A program made the translations under genes and the position numbers. Below, one piece after another: positions 48,831 through 57,966 of a stretch of 64,000 nucleotides of DNA; positions within the stretch are counted from its first letter, which is position 1, and each line of letters opens with the position of its first letter. The notes below the pieces were generated by a model, which was not told the DNA's origin, did not search any database, and saw nothing but the letters and a program-made list of their open reading frames with translations. Origin of the DNA: an uncultured Planctomycetota bacterium (GTDB lineage: Bacteria; Planctomycetota; Phycisphaerae; Tepidisphaerales; Tepidisphaeraceae); NCBI GenBank assembly GCA_963841915.1, contig CAWJEN010000005.1:416001-480000 (forward strand), written 5' to 3'.

Positions 48831-48921
48831 GCGGGATGTACCTGCATTAGCCGGCCTGCATGCGTCCGTCAGTCGCTGTCGTGCAGGGGGCAACGGAAGG
48901 TTAGGTACTCCGTCTTCTCCA

Positions 48922-49902
48922 TCAATGACTGGAAACGCCAAGCTTTCCGCTCGCGTGGTACTTTTGAATGCCTTCATCGAGCCCGATGATCGACTCGTAG
49001 CCGATCATCCGCGTCGCCAGTGTGTTGTCCGTTTCTGTGTGATCTTGCGTGAACGCATACGGATTCGGGAAGTAGTCCGGCTCGAGCGACGTGCCCAGCA
49101 CCTTGTTCAAGCTCGCGATGACGTCGTTAAAGGACCACGATCTACCGGCTCCTGCGTTGGCGGCGACGGCTTTACCCGCTGCAACCTTGCCGTGCCGCGT
49201 CGCCTGCTCGGCCAGTAGGTTGGCCTCGACGACATCGTCCACGTAGACGAAGTCTCGTCGCTGGTCACCGTGCTCGAAGACGCGTGGCTGCTTACCGGCC
49301 CGCATTTGCTTGGCAAGCTGGTGGATCATGCTCGCCAGCTTGCCCTTGTGGTCCTCACCCGGGCCGTACACGTTGCTGTAGCGGAGCCCGATGGGGGCGT
49401 ACGACAGCTTCGGTGCGAGCCGCCGGGCGAGTGACTCCTTCATCACTTTGCTGAAGGCATAGACGTTGAGCGGGTCGGGCGGGGCAGTCTCCTTCATCGG
49501 CACCGGACCACGGCCATAGACGCTGCAACTGCTGGCCCACACCAGCGAGGCACCCCATTGCACGCACAGGTCACAGATCGAGCGGAACTGCTCAAGGTTG
49601 CTCTGCAGAATCCGCCGCTCTGCAGCAGCTGACGTGTCAGCCGCTCCGTCCGAGTCGATGACACCCGTTACAGCAGCCTGATGAAACACCGCCTCGAAGG
49701 GTCCGAGCTGACGGATCGGATCAAGGTTGAGTGGCGAGTCGAGCGTCACCACATCGCCGCCAAGCTGGGCGAACTCGATGAGGTTCGTCCAGTGACCCTC
49801 TGCAAAAGTGTCGGCGACCACGACATCCCGCCCGTCGGCAGCCAGGCGACGGGCAAGGTTCGAGCCGATGAAGCCGGCCCCTCCGGTGACAAGCGTGCGC
49901 AT
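48922..49902 (-). CDS. rfaD: ADP-L-glycero-D-manno-heptose-6-epimerase
   Basis: Motifs VTGGAGFIGSNL, PLNVYAFSK, LRYSNVYGPGEDHKGKLASMI, QRRDFVYV and YFPNPY..TQ. hldE is nearby. Start ATG 49902. Confidence 0.88.
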   Translation of the reverse strand: MRTLVTGGAGFIGSNLARRLAADGRDVVVADTFAEGHWTNLIEFAQLGGDVVTLDSPLNLDPIRQLGPFEAVFHQAAVTGVIDSDGAADTSAAAERRILQSNLEQFRSICDLCVQWGASLVWASSCSVYGRGPVPMKETAPPDPLNVYAFSKVMKESLARRLAPKLSYAPIGLRYSNVYGPGEDHKGKLASMIHQLAKQMRAGKQPRVFEHGDQRRDFVYVDDVVEANLLAEQATRHGKVAAGKAVAANAGAGRSWSFNDVIASLNKVLGTSLEPDYFPNPYAFTQDHTETDNTLATRMIGYESIIGLDEGIQKYHASGKLGVSSH

Positions 49903-50029
49903 GTGAACAAGGTAGGGGTTCTCCCGGCGATCGCCTATCAGACGTTGATCGAGTGTCGTAAGACGATGTTGATCAATACCTCCGGCGAGCATCAACCATG
50001 CCATCTACGGTGCGTCACGGTGACAGAGT

Positions 50030-50170
50030 GTCAGAAAAACCCGTGGGGCTCTTCACCCACAGGCCGGGCGATTCAATCCCCGGTGTCATTCCTAAGACGT
50101 TATTAGAATGTATTTTAAGAGCTTGCAGAGTGAATCGCGTGGATAAACCCCTGAATAAATTGTGGACTGG
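50030..50170. promoter_or_regulatory. Origin-like region: DnaA-box-like cluster plus AT-rich stretch
   Basis: CGTGGATAA (50138), CCTGAATAA (50150), TGTGGACTG (50161) and TCACCCACA (50053), with AT-rich ttattagaatgtattttaaga at 50100-50120. Confidence 0.5.
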
Positions 50171-50340
50171 CCTCCGCATTGCTAGTAGGCTTGGCGACGG
50201 CCGCTGCATGGTCCTGTCAACGCGAGTCGCCCGTGCCAGGGCGACTCGCTTCAGTATGCGGAACAAGAGTTTCTGCTCCTCGATGTAGCTATATGTCACC
50301 GCAACTGTCGCCACCCGCGCATGCGGCCGATGATGGTGAC

Positions 50341-50916
50341 GTGCCCGACGTCACTGTTCGACCTGTTCCGTACGAGCCAACGCGTTTAAGCGACGTCCTC
50401 CTCATTCGTCCGCCGCGGTTCGGCGACGAGCGGGGCTATTTCGCCGAAACCTACCACGCTGGAAAGTGGCGGGCAGCGGGCGTTGCTGCCGATTTTGTTC
50501 AGGACAACCAGTCGCTCAGCGGACCCGTCGGGACCGTTCGAGGCTTGCACTATCAGATTGAGCCGTCCCCGCAGGCCAAACTCGTTCGGGTGCTGCAGGG
50601 ACGCATTCTCGATGTTGCAGTCGACATCCGCCGAAGCAGCCAGACATTTGGTCAGCACGTGACTGCCGAGCTGACTGCCGACGGTGGCGAACAGATGTAC
50701 GTTCCGGCCGGTTTTGCGCACGGCTTTTCCACGCTCGAGCCAGATACCGTCGTCAGTTACAAGGTCAGCGGCCTTTACGACCCGTCGGCTGAATGTGGCA
50801 TCGCCTGGAACGACCCGGCCTTGGCGATCGATTGGAAACTGCAAGGCGAGCCGACTCTGAGCGACAAGGACAAGATTCATCCGCCTCTGGCCGAGCAGGG
50901 CAACCTGTACGATTGA
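50341..50916 (+). CDS. rfbC: dTDP-4-dehydrorhamnose 3,5-epimerase
   Basis: Motifs FGDERGYFAE, QDNQSLS, VRGLHYQ, DVAVDIRRSS and GFAHGF. Start uncertain (50293 or 50341). Confidence 0.95.
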   Translation: MPDVTVRPVPYEPTRLSDVLLIRPPRFGDERGYFAETYHAGKWRAAGVAADFVQDNQSLSGPVGTVRGLHYQIEPSPQAKLVRVLQGRILDVAVDIRRSSQTFGQHVTAELTADGGEQMYVPAGFAHGFSTLEPDTVVSYKVSGLYDPSAECGIAWNDPALAIDWKLQGEPTLSDKDKIHPPLAEQGNLYD

Positions 50917-50989
50917 GTCAAAGCGAGAGCATCATCAGAAAATGATGCCGTTGCGTTGCCTCATGCGTCGTCGTGCCGATACTCGGGGC

Positions 50990-51736
50990 ATGAAAGGTGT
51001 GATACTTGCCGGCGGCACCGGTAGTCGCTTGTTCCCGCTGACCAAGGTCACCAACAAGCACCTGCTGCCCGTCTATGACAAGCCGATGATCTACTACCCG
51101 CTCGAATGCATGGCCAAAGCCGGCATTGAGGAGGTCATGCTCGTCTGCGGCGGCAACAACGCCGGCGACTACGTCAAGCTGCTCGGCAACGGTCACGAGT
51201 TCGGGCTCAAGCACCTCACCTACACCTACCAGCCCGATGCCACCGGCATCGCGGCCGCCTTGGCTTTGTGCGAGCGGTACGTCGACGGCGAGCCGATCAT
51301 GCTCATCCTCGGCGACAACGTCCTCGAGTACAGCATCAAGCAGCAGGCCGACAACTTCCGCGACCAGATCAACGGCAACGACGGCCGCGGAGCCAAGATC
51401 CTGCTGGCCGACGTTGAAAACCCCAAGGCATACGGGGTGGCCGAAATGAGTGGCGACAAGGTCGTCGGCATCGTCGAGAAGCCCGAGAACCCCAAGAGCA
51501 ACAAGGCCGTCATCGGCGTTTACTTCTACGACGGTCACGTCTTCGACATCGTCAAAACGCTCAAGCCGTCAGGCCGCGGGGAGCTGGAGATCACGGACGT
51601 CAACAACGCCTACATCGACGCCGGCACGATGACCGCCGATGCCGTGCACGGCTGGTGGGGCGACTGCGGCGAGAACCTGAGCTTCTACCACGAAGCTGGT
51701 AAAAAGATCGCTGAAATCGGGGCGAACAAAGATTAG
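50990..51736 (+). CDS. rfbA: Glucose-1-phosphate thymidylyltransferase (short form)
   Basis: Motifs GVILAGGTGSRLFPLT, NKHLLPVYDKPMIYYP, LGDN, EKP and RGELEITD. Confidence 0.93.
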   Translation: MKGVILAGGTGSRLFPLTKVTNKHLLPVYDKPMIYYPLECMAKAGIEEVMLVCGGNNAGDYVKLLGNGHEFGLKHLTYTYQPDATGIAAALALCERYVDGEPIMLILGDNVLEYSIKQQADNFRDQINGNDGRGAKILLADVENPKAYGVAEMSGDKVVGIVEKPENPKSNKAVIGVYFYDGHVFDIVKTLKPSGRGELEITDVNNAYIDAGTMTADAVHGWWGDCGENLSFYHEAGKKIAEIGANKD

Positions 51737-51763
51737 AACCGGTCTCAGCCGCCCCAGTTGTCC

Positions 51764-52753
51764 ATGCGTCGCACCTTTCTCATCTGCGACGATCGAGCGT
51801 CAGCCGACATCGGCGTGCGGTTGTTGATCGCGTCGCTCGATCGATACGCTCCAAGCGAGCCGATTCACCTTGTCTTTCCACCGGCAAACGACGCATTAGA
51901 AGCGTGGCTTTCGACAAAGCCGAACGTAGCGCTGCACACAGGTTGGCCTTCACCGTACGGCGGTTGGGACGTCAAACCGGCGGCCATCATTGAGGCTCTT
52001 GAACGTGCCGAAGAAGTCATCTGGCTCGACAGCGACGTCATTTGCGCCGGTGACCCGCGGCCGTTGTTCGATGGCCTGGACGCGCAGACGCTGGCGGTCG
52101 GTGAAGAACCTCACAACGGGACGATCAAGGGCGGCTGCGAGGGCAGGGCCGCCGACTGGCTCTTTAAAGTCGGTCGAAAGCTGCCCGCGCTCAACAGCGG
52201 CACCGTGCGGGCGACGCGTCATCACCTTCCGCTCCTCGAGGCGTGGCGGGAGGCGATGAACGACGACCGGTATCGCGACAACCAGACCCGACATCAGCGC
52301 GATCGCGACCTCGGCTGCGTGGGTGATCAAGACGTGCTCAGCGCCCTCGTCGGCTCGGCCGAATTTGCCGATGTGCCGGTCAAACTGCTACGGAGCGGAC
52401 GAGACGTCGTGCAAAATCTCGGCACGTTCGGCTGGCACCCTCGCGACCGACTCCGCTCGATGCTCAGCGGCTCGCCGCCTCTGGTGCATGCCCTGGGGCC
52501 AAAGCCCTGGACGTTCAACGGGCCGCTGTCGTCCGAAGCGGCAGGACAAGCCAGGCACGATGCTTTTGCGGCAGAGTTTTCCATCTACGGCCTCGTCGCG
52601 TCCCGCTTTGCTACATCGGCAGGAGTACCGCCGGAGCAAATGCGTTGGCTCAAGCCTCGCTCCAAACCCGGCCGCCTCCTACGTCTGCTTGATCTGCGAC
52701 TGGCCCCGCTGCGTGGCTTGCCACTTTCGCTCGGACGCCTTCTCAAAAGTTGA
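51764..52753 (+). CDS. GT-A fold glycosyltransferase / nucleotide-diphospho-sugar transferase
   Basis: Motifs WDVKP, DxD in WLDSDV, LNSG, DQDVLSAL and H..G.KPW. Confidence 0.8.
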   Translation: MRRTFLICDDRASADIGVRLLIASLDRYAPSEPIHLVFPPANDALEAWLSTKPNVALHTGWPSPYGGWDVKPAAIIEALERAEEVIWLDSDVICAGDPRPLFDGLDAQTLAVGEEPHNGTIKGGCEGRAADWLFKVGRKLPALNSGTVRATRHHLPLLEAWREAMNDDRYRDNQTRHQRDRDLGCVGDQDVLSALVGSAEFADVPVKLLRSGRDVVQNLGTFGWHPRDRLRSMLSGSPPLVHALGPKPWTFNGPLSSEAAGQARHDAFAAEFSIYGLVASRFATSAGVPPEQMRWLKPRSKPGRLLRLLDLRLAPLRGLPLSLGRLLKS

Positions 52754-52844
52754 AGCAAGTATCAGCGTTCAGAGTATGACGAATTACATGATGGTTCCGC
52801 TACTACCTACTTGAAACTTCACAACGAGTGACGCATCTTGGTGC

Positions 52845-53681
52845 GTGGTGAACGTCCTCAAGCAACTCGACAGCGTCCTGCGGGGCGAAGGAACACGGGC
52901 CGAAGTTCTCAGGCAAGGAAGGCTCGACGTCAGCGGCAGGGCGATGCTGGTCATCGTCCTCGTGCTGGGCGTCTTCTACGGAGCTTGCATGGGCTGCTTC
53001 AACATCGCCACCGGCAACGGCGCGTCGATGCAGATTCTCAGCAGTGCCATCAAGGTGCCAATGCTCTTCCTGCTGACACTGACGGTGACGTTCCCGTCGC
53101 TTTACGTCTTCAACGCGCTCGTCGGAAGCCGCCTGAGTCTTATCAACATGGCCCGCCTCATCATGGCTGCAATCGGCGTCATGCTGGCGGTGCTGGCCGG
53201 TTTCGGCACCATCGTCGCATTCTTTAACTTCACGACGACAAGCTACCCGTTCATTCTGCTATTGAACGTCATCGTCTTCGCGGTGGCGGGCATGCTGGGG
53301 CTCAGCTTTCTGCTGCAAACGCTCCGCCGCATGGTCGAGCCGGCAAAGCCTTTACCACCCGAAGACCTCGTCACGCCAGCCGACGACGAGCCGTTGACCA
53401 CACCTGAAGCCATCGCCCAATATGCCGCCCGCCACGAAGTTCGCAAGCGTGCTGCCGGTGCACTGGATCGACTACAGGACGGCCCAACGGACAACACGGT
53501 CCGCACCATCTTTCGCATCTGGGTCGTGATCTTTGCACTTGTCGGGGCGCAGATGAGCTGGGTCTTGCGCCCGTTTGTCGGCAGCTACGACGAGGGCAAC
53601 TTCGTCTGGTTCCGCGGAAGAGGCGGCAACTTCTTCGAGCGGGTCTTCGGCATCATCAGCGAACTGCTCGGCATCAGTTGA
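52845..53681 (+). CDS. Conserved multi-TM protein (Yip1-like), paralog 1
   Basis: About five TM segments, with SAIKVPMLFLLT..PSLYVFN and FALVGAQMSWVLRPFVG. Confidence 0.8.
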   Translation: MVNVLKQLDSVLRGEGTRAEVLRQGRLDVSGRAMLVIVLVLGVFYGACMGCFNIATGNGASMQILSSAIKVPMLFLLTLTVTFPSLYVFNALVGSRLSLINMARLIMAAIGVMLAVLAGFGTIVAFFNFTTTSYPFILLLNVIVFAVAGMLGLSFLLQTLRRMVEPAKPLPPEDLVTPADDEPLTTPEAIAQYAARHEVRKRAAGALDRLQDGPTDNTVRTIFRIWVVIFALVGAQMSWVLRPFVGSYDEGNFVWFRGRGGNFFERVFGIISELLGIS

Positions 53682-53702
53682 GACTCGGTTGACGCTGCAC
53701 CT

Positions 53703-54374
53703 GTGACGATGCCACTGTCTTTTGCCATTCTCGACCATGCTGCAGGTCGCCTGCTGCGGTCGCGCGTGCCGTCTGTGTCACCGTTAGAAGCACTCGTTGT
53801 TGCCACCACGCTTGGGCTGACGTACGGGCTGGTGATGGGCACGTTCAGCGGCTTGTGGGACGGCCGCACGTTGCAGTTGTTGTACTCGGCGGTGAAGGTC
53901 CCGATGTTGCTCATCGTCACGTTCGCCATCGCGCTGCCGAGCTTCTTTGTCTTGAACACATTGGCGGGCGTTGGTGGCGACTTTCGACAGGTCCTGCGTG
54001 CACTTCTCGCAACACAGGCAGGCGTGACAGTTGCGTTGATCGCACTAGCGCCACTTACATTTTTCTGGTACGCCAGCAACACGAACTACTCGGCAGCAAT
54101 CCTTGTCAACGCCGCCGCATTTGGATTGGCCAGCTTCGCTGGGCAGGTGCTGCTGACCCGCTACTACAAGCCTCTCGAGGCCATGAACCCGATCCATCGA
54201 CTGCTCCGTTGGACGTGGATCTTCGTCTACGCCTTCGTCGGTATCCAGATGGGCTGGACGCTTCGCCCGTTCATCGGTCAGCCCGGCAGCCCGGAGCAAT
54301 TCTTCCGCGAAGGAGCGTGGGGCAATGCGTACATTGAACTGTTCGTGATTTTACAACGAGCATTTGGTCTCTAA
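53703..54374 (+). CDS. Conserved multi-TM protein (Yip1-like), paralog 2
   Basis: Motifs SAVKVPMLLIVT..PSFFVLN and YAFVGIQMGWTLRPFIG, shared with the upstream gene. Confidence 0.8.
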   Translation: MTMPLSFAILDHAAGRLLRSRVPSVSPLEALVVATTLGLTYGLVMGTFSGLWDGRTLQLLYSAVKVPMLLIVTFAIALPSFFVLNTLAGVGGDFRQVLRALLATQAGVTVALIALAPLTFFWYASNTNYSAAILVNAAAFGLASFAGQVLLTRYYKPLEAMNPIHRLLRWTWIFVYAFVGIQMGWTLRPFIGQPGSPEQFFREGAWGNAYIELFVILQRAFGL

Positions 54375-54382
54375 AGAGCGGC

Positions 54383-55864
54383 TCAGCCGTACGCCTCGAT
54401 GATTCTTTCGATGACCGTGCTCGTGCTGCGTCCCTCGACCAGCGGGGCCAGCGCGACGCGGCCGCCGTTGGCCTCGACGATGTCCCAGCCAACGACCTGC
54501 TCCTTTTCGTAGTCAGCCCCTTTGACGAGGACATCAGGTCGGAACCGGTCGATGAGGGCCAACGGCGTGTCGTCGTCAAACGTCACGAGGTAGTCGATGC
54601 TCTCCAGCTCGGCCAGCACGCCCATGCGGTCGCTCAGATTCACGATCGGCCGCTTGTCACCCTTGAGGCGGCGGATGCTCTGATCCGTGTTCACGCCGAC
54701 CACGAGCAGGTCGCCTTGACTTTTGGCGTAGCGAAAATACTCGACATGTCCGAGGTGGATCAGGTCAAAGCATCCGTTGGTGAAGACGACGCGACGACCG
54801 GCGGCTTTGTGGCGTTTCAGCTCGTCCGCCAGATCGTCTTCGGAGCGTTCCTTTCCGACGTCACGCCTCAGATCGCTCATCAGTTCCGCCACGATCTCGT
54901 CCGGCCGCACGGGCGCCGCACCGAATCGCTCGACTTCCAGGCCGCTGGCAACATTCGCTAGTGCCGTCGCATCCGCCCACGATCCACCCGCCGCCCTCGC
55001 CGCGGCAAGCATGGCGAGGAACATGTCACCGGCCCCGGTCACGTCTGCGACACTTCGGGCCCGCGTTGCCAGTTGCCTGGCCTCTCCTTCGCGCGTGGCG
55101 AGGAAGGCACCGTCCTTGTCGACGGTGACGATGATGGCCTCGAGTTCGAGCTCCTGCAGCAGCTGCCGACCGGCTTGCTCTACACCTTCGAGGTCGTCGC
55201 AGTTCACGCCTGTCGCCGCTTGCGCCTCGCGACGATTCAGCTTCAGGCAGGTCGCACCTTTGTATTTCGCCAGCGATGAGACGCTCGGCGGATCTACGAG
55301 CGTCGGGACACCTGCCGCCCTGCAGGCCGTGATTGCCTCCCGAACAACACCTTCGCAGCAGACGCCCTTGTTGTAATCTTCGATGCAGACCACATCGACT
55401 TCGCCCACAATGGCCGCCACGCTGCCGCTGACTGCAGAGCAGGCGGCGTCGTCCAGGTCGGCCACGTCCTCGTAGTCGAGCCGGATCATCTGCTGCGGCG
55501 TGCGGTGCTGGGCCATGCCGACCAGACGGACCTTGCTCGTCGTCGGCCGCCCGGGCACATCAATCAGGCCGGTCGCGTCGACGCCTTCTTCTTCGAGCGT
55601 GGCGCGCAGTCGGCCGGCCATCGCGTCGTCGCCTCCGGCGCCCACAGCCTTGACGCTCAAACCCAACGCCGCCAGATCAGCAGCAACGTGACCCGCGCCG
55701 CCGAGCCGTGTCTCTTCTTTGCGAAAATGCAGCACCGGCACAGGTGCTTCGGGCGAAAGGCGATCGGCCGTGCCGAAGAGGTAGCGGTCGAGCATGAAAT
55801 CGCCCAGCACTGCTGCGCGGAGGCCGGTGAGTCGGCCGACGATGTCGATGAGTCCGCTGGACAT
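54383..55864 (-). CDS. hldE: Bifunctional heptose 7-phosphate kinase / heptose 1-phosphate adenylyltransferase
   Basis: RLSPEAPVP, DYNKG and DVTGAGD (PfkB domain); FTNGCFDLIHLGH and LVKGADY (cytidylyltransferase-like domain). Confidence 0.96.
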   Translation of the reverse strand: MSSGLIDIVGRLTGLRAAVLGDFMLDRYLFGTADRLSPEAPVPVLHFRKEETRLGGAGHVAADLAALGLSVKAVGAGGDDAMAGRLRATLEEEGVDATGLIDVPGRPTTSKVRLVGMAQHRTPQQMIRLDYEDVADLDDAACSAVSGSVAAIVGEVDVVCIEDYNKGVCCEGVVREAITACRAAGVPTLVDPPSVSSLAKYKGATCLKLNRREAQAATGVNCDDLEGVEQAGRQLLQELELEAIIVTVDKDGAFLATREGEARQLATRARSVADVTGAGDMFLAMLAAARAAGGSWADATALANVASGLEVERFGAAPVRPDEIVAELMSDLRRDVGKERSEDDLADELKRHKAAGRRVVFTNGCFDLIHLGHVEYFRYAKSQGDLLVVGVNTDQSIRRLKGDKRPIVNLSDRMGVLAELESIDYLVTFDDDTPLALIDRFRPDVLVKGADYEKEQVVGWDIVEANGGRVALAPLVEGRSTSTVIERIIEAYG

Positions 55865-55974
55865 GGGGGCGGCAGTCTACCGGCCTGCACCTTAAGAAGT
55901 CGCGGGGTCAGCCGTAACGAAGAGGCGACTGGCGTGTGTTACGCTCTACCCGTCGTCTACCCGATGCCCACGCC

Positions 55975-57891
55975 ATGAGTACGCCTGCCAATCCCGTCGA
56001 ACGTCACGTCGCCTCCGTTCAGCGGAAGATGGTCGCACACACCTTCTTCAGGCGGTTTGCGATTGCGCTGCTTGTCTTGGGTGGCGTGGTGTGGGTGACG
56101 ACGCTCGTCCTCCAGCTGACGGGCCGATACTTGCCCGGGGGGCCTTGGGCGTGGCTGGCCGGTGGGGTAGGCGTGGCAGCGTTGGCGACGCTGGGATGGG
56201 CGATCTACAAGCGGCCGACGAAGCATGACGCAGCCGTCGCCATCGACGAGCGACTCGGCCTGCATGAGCGGTTCAGCACGGCATTGGCCGTCGCACAAAG
56301 CGGCGACGCCTTCAGCAAGCTTGCCGCCGACGATGCCATGCGGGCGGCGGGCACAGTCAACCTGCGGAAGAAGTTCCCGCTGGCTTGGCCGCCTACGTAT
56401 GCCGGTGTGCTGGCTTGGGCGGCGGTCATCGGGCTCACTGTGTGGCTCGTCGAGCCGATCGCCAGTGCTGAAGAGCAGGTCCAGGTAGATGACGGCATTG
56501 AACAGCGAAACGAGAAGGCCCGTGCCTCGGCAGAGGCGGCCATTCAGCAGCAGGCTGCCGCCATCGAGGCGCTGCCGCCAGAGATTGCAGATCGTGAGGA
56601 GTTCCGTGTCGTGAAGGACCGGCTCGAGGAGGCCAGGCGGTCGCTGACAGATGATCCGACCCGCGCCCGCAAGACGGCACGCGAGGCCAGCGACGCCATG
56701 GCAGACGCCCTGAAGAAGCAGATTGAAAAGGGCGAGGCTTACAGCCGTGCCAAGGAGCAGGCGCGGGCGTTCAAGCAGACGGATGGCCCCTCACCCGAAG
56801 AGCGTGGACCGGTCGCCGACGCGCACAGAGCGTTGAAGGATGCCGACTTTACCGAGGCGATGAAGCAGCTCGAAGAAGCTGTCAACAACTTCGACGAGAT
56901 GACACAAGGCGAGAAGGAAGAGGCGGCGGATCAGATGCAGAGCATGGCGCAGGCGCTGCAGAACATGGCCAATGACCCGGCAGCCCAGCAGCAGATGCAA
57001 CAGCAAATGCAGCAGGCGGGCATGAGCCAGCAGCAGGCACAGCAGGCGGCACAGCTCATGAAGCAGGCCGCCCAGGGCAATCAGCAGTCGGCCCAGCAGC
57101 TCCAGCAGTTGCAGCAGCAGGCCATGCAGCAAATGAACAACGGCCAAGGTCCGAGCCAGCAGCAGGCGAGCCAGATGCAGCAAATGATGCAGCAGCTCGG
57201 CCAACAGGCCGGTGCTCAGGTGCAGGCCCAGCAGATGGGCCAACAGGCTCAGCAGATGGCGCAGGCGATGGGCCAGCAAGCACAACAGGGGCAGCAGCAA
57301 GGACAGCAGGGTGGCGGCCAAGGCGGCCAAGGCATGCAGCAGTCAGCCCAGCAAATGCAACAGGCCATGGGCCAGATGCAGGCCATGCAGCAACAGGCAC
57401 AACAACTCCAACAAGCTCAAGCCGCCAGCCAGGGCCAGGGTCAAGGGCAAGGACAGGGTCAAGGGCAGGGACAGGGACAAGGACAACAGGGTCAAGGACA
57501 ACAGGGGCAAGGGCAACAGGGGCAGGGACAAGGCCAAGGGCAGGGCTCTGGGCAGTGGAACCCCGGTCAGGGCCAGAACCAGGGCAACGGTTCAGGCGGT
57601 CCCGGTCAAGGTAATGGCGGGCGACCGGGCGTTGCACCCGCTCCGTTCGGCCTCAAGCAGGAGCAAAGCGAAAGCTTCGACGACGACGGCGGCAGGACCA
57701 TCGCCAGCACCTTCATCGAAGGCGACGCCCTTCGCGGTGAAAGCGTGGCAGAAGTCCGCGAGATTGCCGAGCGCGAGGCTCGCGACGTGACCGATGAAGT
57801 CGACACGCAGCGGATTCCCCGTGCGGCCCAGGACGCAGTCCGCGAGTACTTCAAGACGCTCGAACGCGACGCCGCCAAAGCCGACGGGTAA
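55975..57891 (+). CDS. Membrane-anchored coiled-coil protein with a long Gln/Gly-rich low-complexity region (DUF4175-like)
   Basis: Three N-terminal TMs, AAVAIDERLGLHERFSTAL, a Q/M-rich tract and GQ repeats, and the C-terminal IPRAAQDAVREYF. Confidence 0.8.
   Translation: MSTPANPVERHVASVQRKMVAHTFFRRFAIALLVLGGVVWVTTLVLQLTGRYLPGGPWAWLAGGVGVAALATLGWAIYKRPTKHDAAVAIDERLGLHERFSTALAVAQSGDAFSKLAADDAMRAAGTVNLRKKFPLAWPPTYAGVLAWAAVIGLTVWLVEPIASAEEQVQVDDGIEQRNEKARASAEAAIQQQAAAIEALPPEIADREEFRVVKDRLEEARRSLTDDPTRARKTAREASDAMADALKKQIEKGEAYSRAKEQARAFKQTDGPSPEERGPVADAHRALKDADFTEAMKQLEEAVNNFDEMTQGEKEEAADQMQSMAQALQNMANDPAAQQQMQQQMQQAGMSQQQAQQAAQLMKQAAQGNQQSAQQLQQLQQQAMQQMNNGQGPSQQQASQMQQMMQQLGQQAGAQVQAQQMGQQAQQMAQAMGQQAQQGQQQGQQGGGQGGQGMQQSAQQMQQAMGQMQAMQQQAQQLQQAQAASQGQGQGQGQGQGQGQGQGQQGQGQQGQGQQGQGQGQGQGSGQWNPGQGQNQGNGSGGPGQGNGGRPGVAPAPFGLKQEQSESFDDDGGRTIASTFIEGDALRGESVAEVREIAEREARDVTDEVDTQRIPRAAQDAVREYFKTLERDAAKADG
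57430..57545 (+). repeat. Coding (Gln-Gly)n repeat, CARGGN hexamers
   Basis: cagggccagggtcaagggcaaggacagggtcaaggg... encodes QGQGQGQGQ. Confidence 0.85.
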
Positions 57892-57966
57892 GGCGAATGT
57901 GCAACACGTTGTGACGGCAATGCGTCCGGCTTCGAATGATCGGACGTTGCCGTTATCCTGATCAGG

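Noticed and set aside
57430..57545. Tandem repeats as a possible CRISPR array
   Set aside because: These are in-frame Gln-Gly codons with no unique spacers and no cas genes. No CRISPR array was seen in the window.
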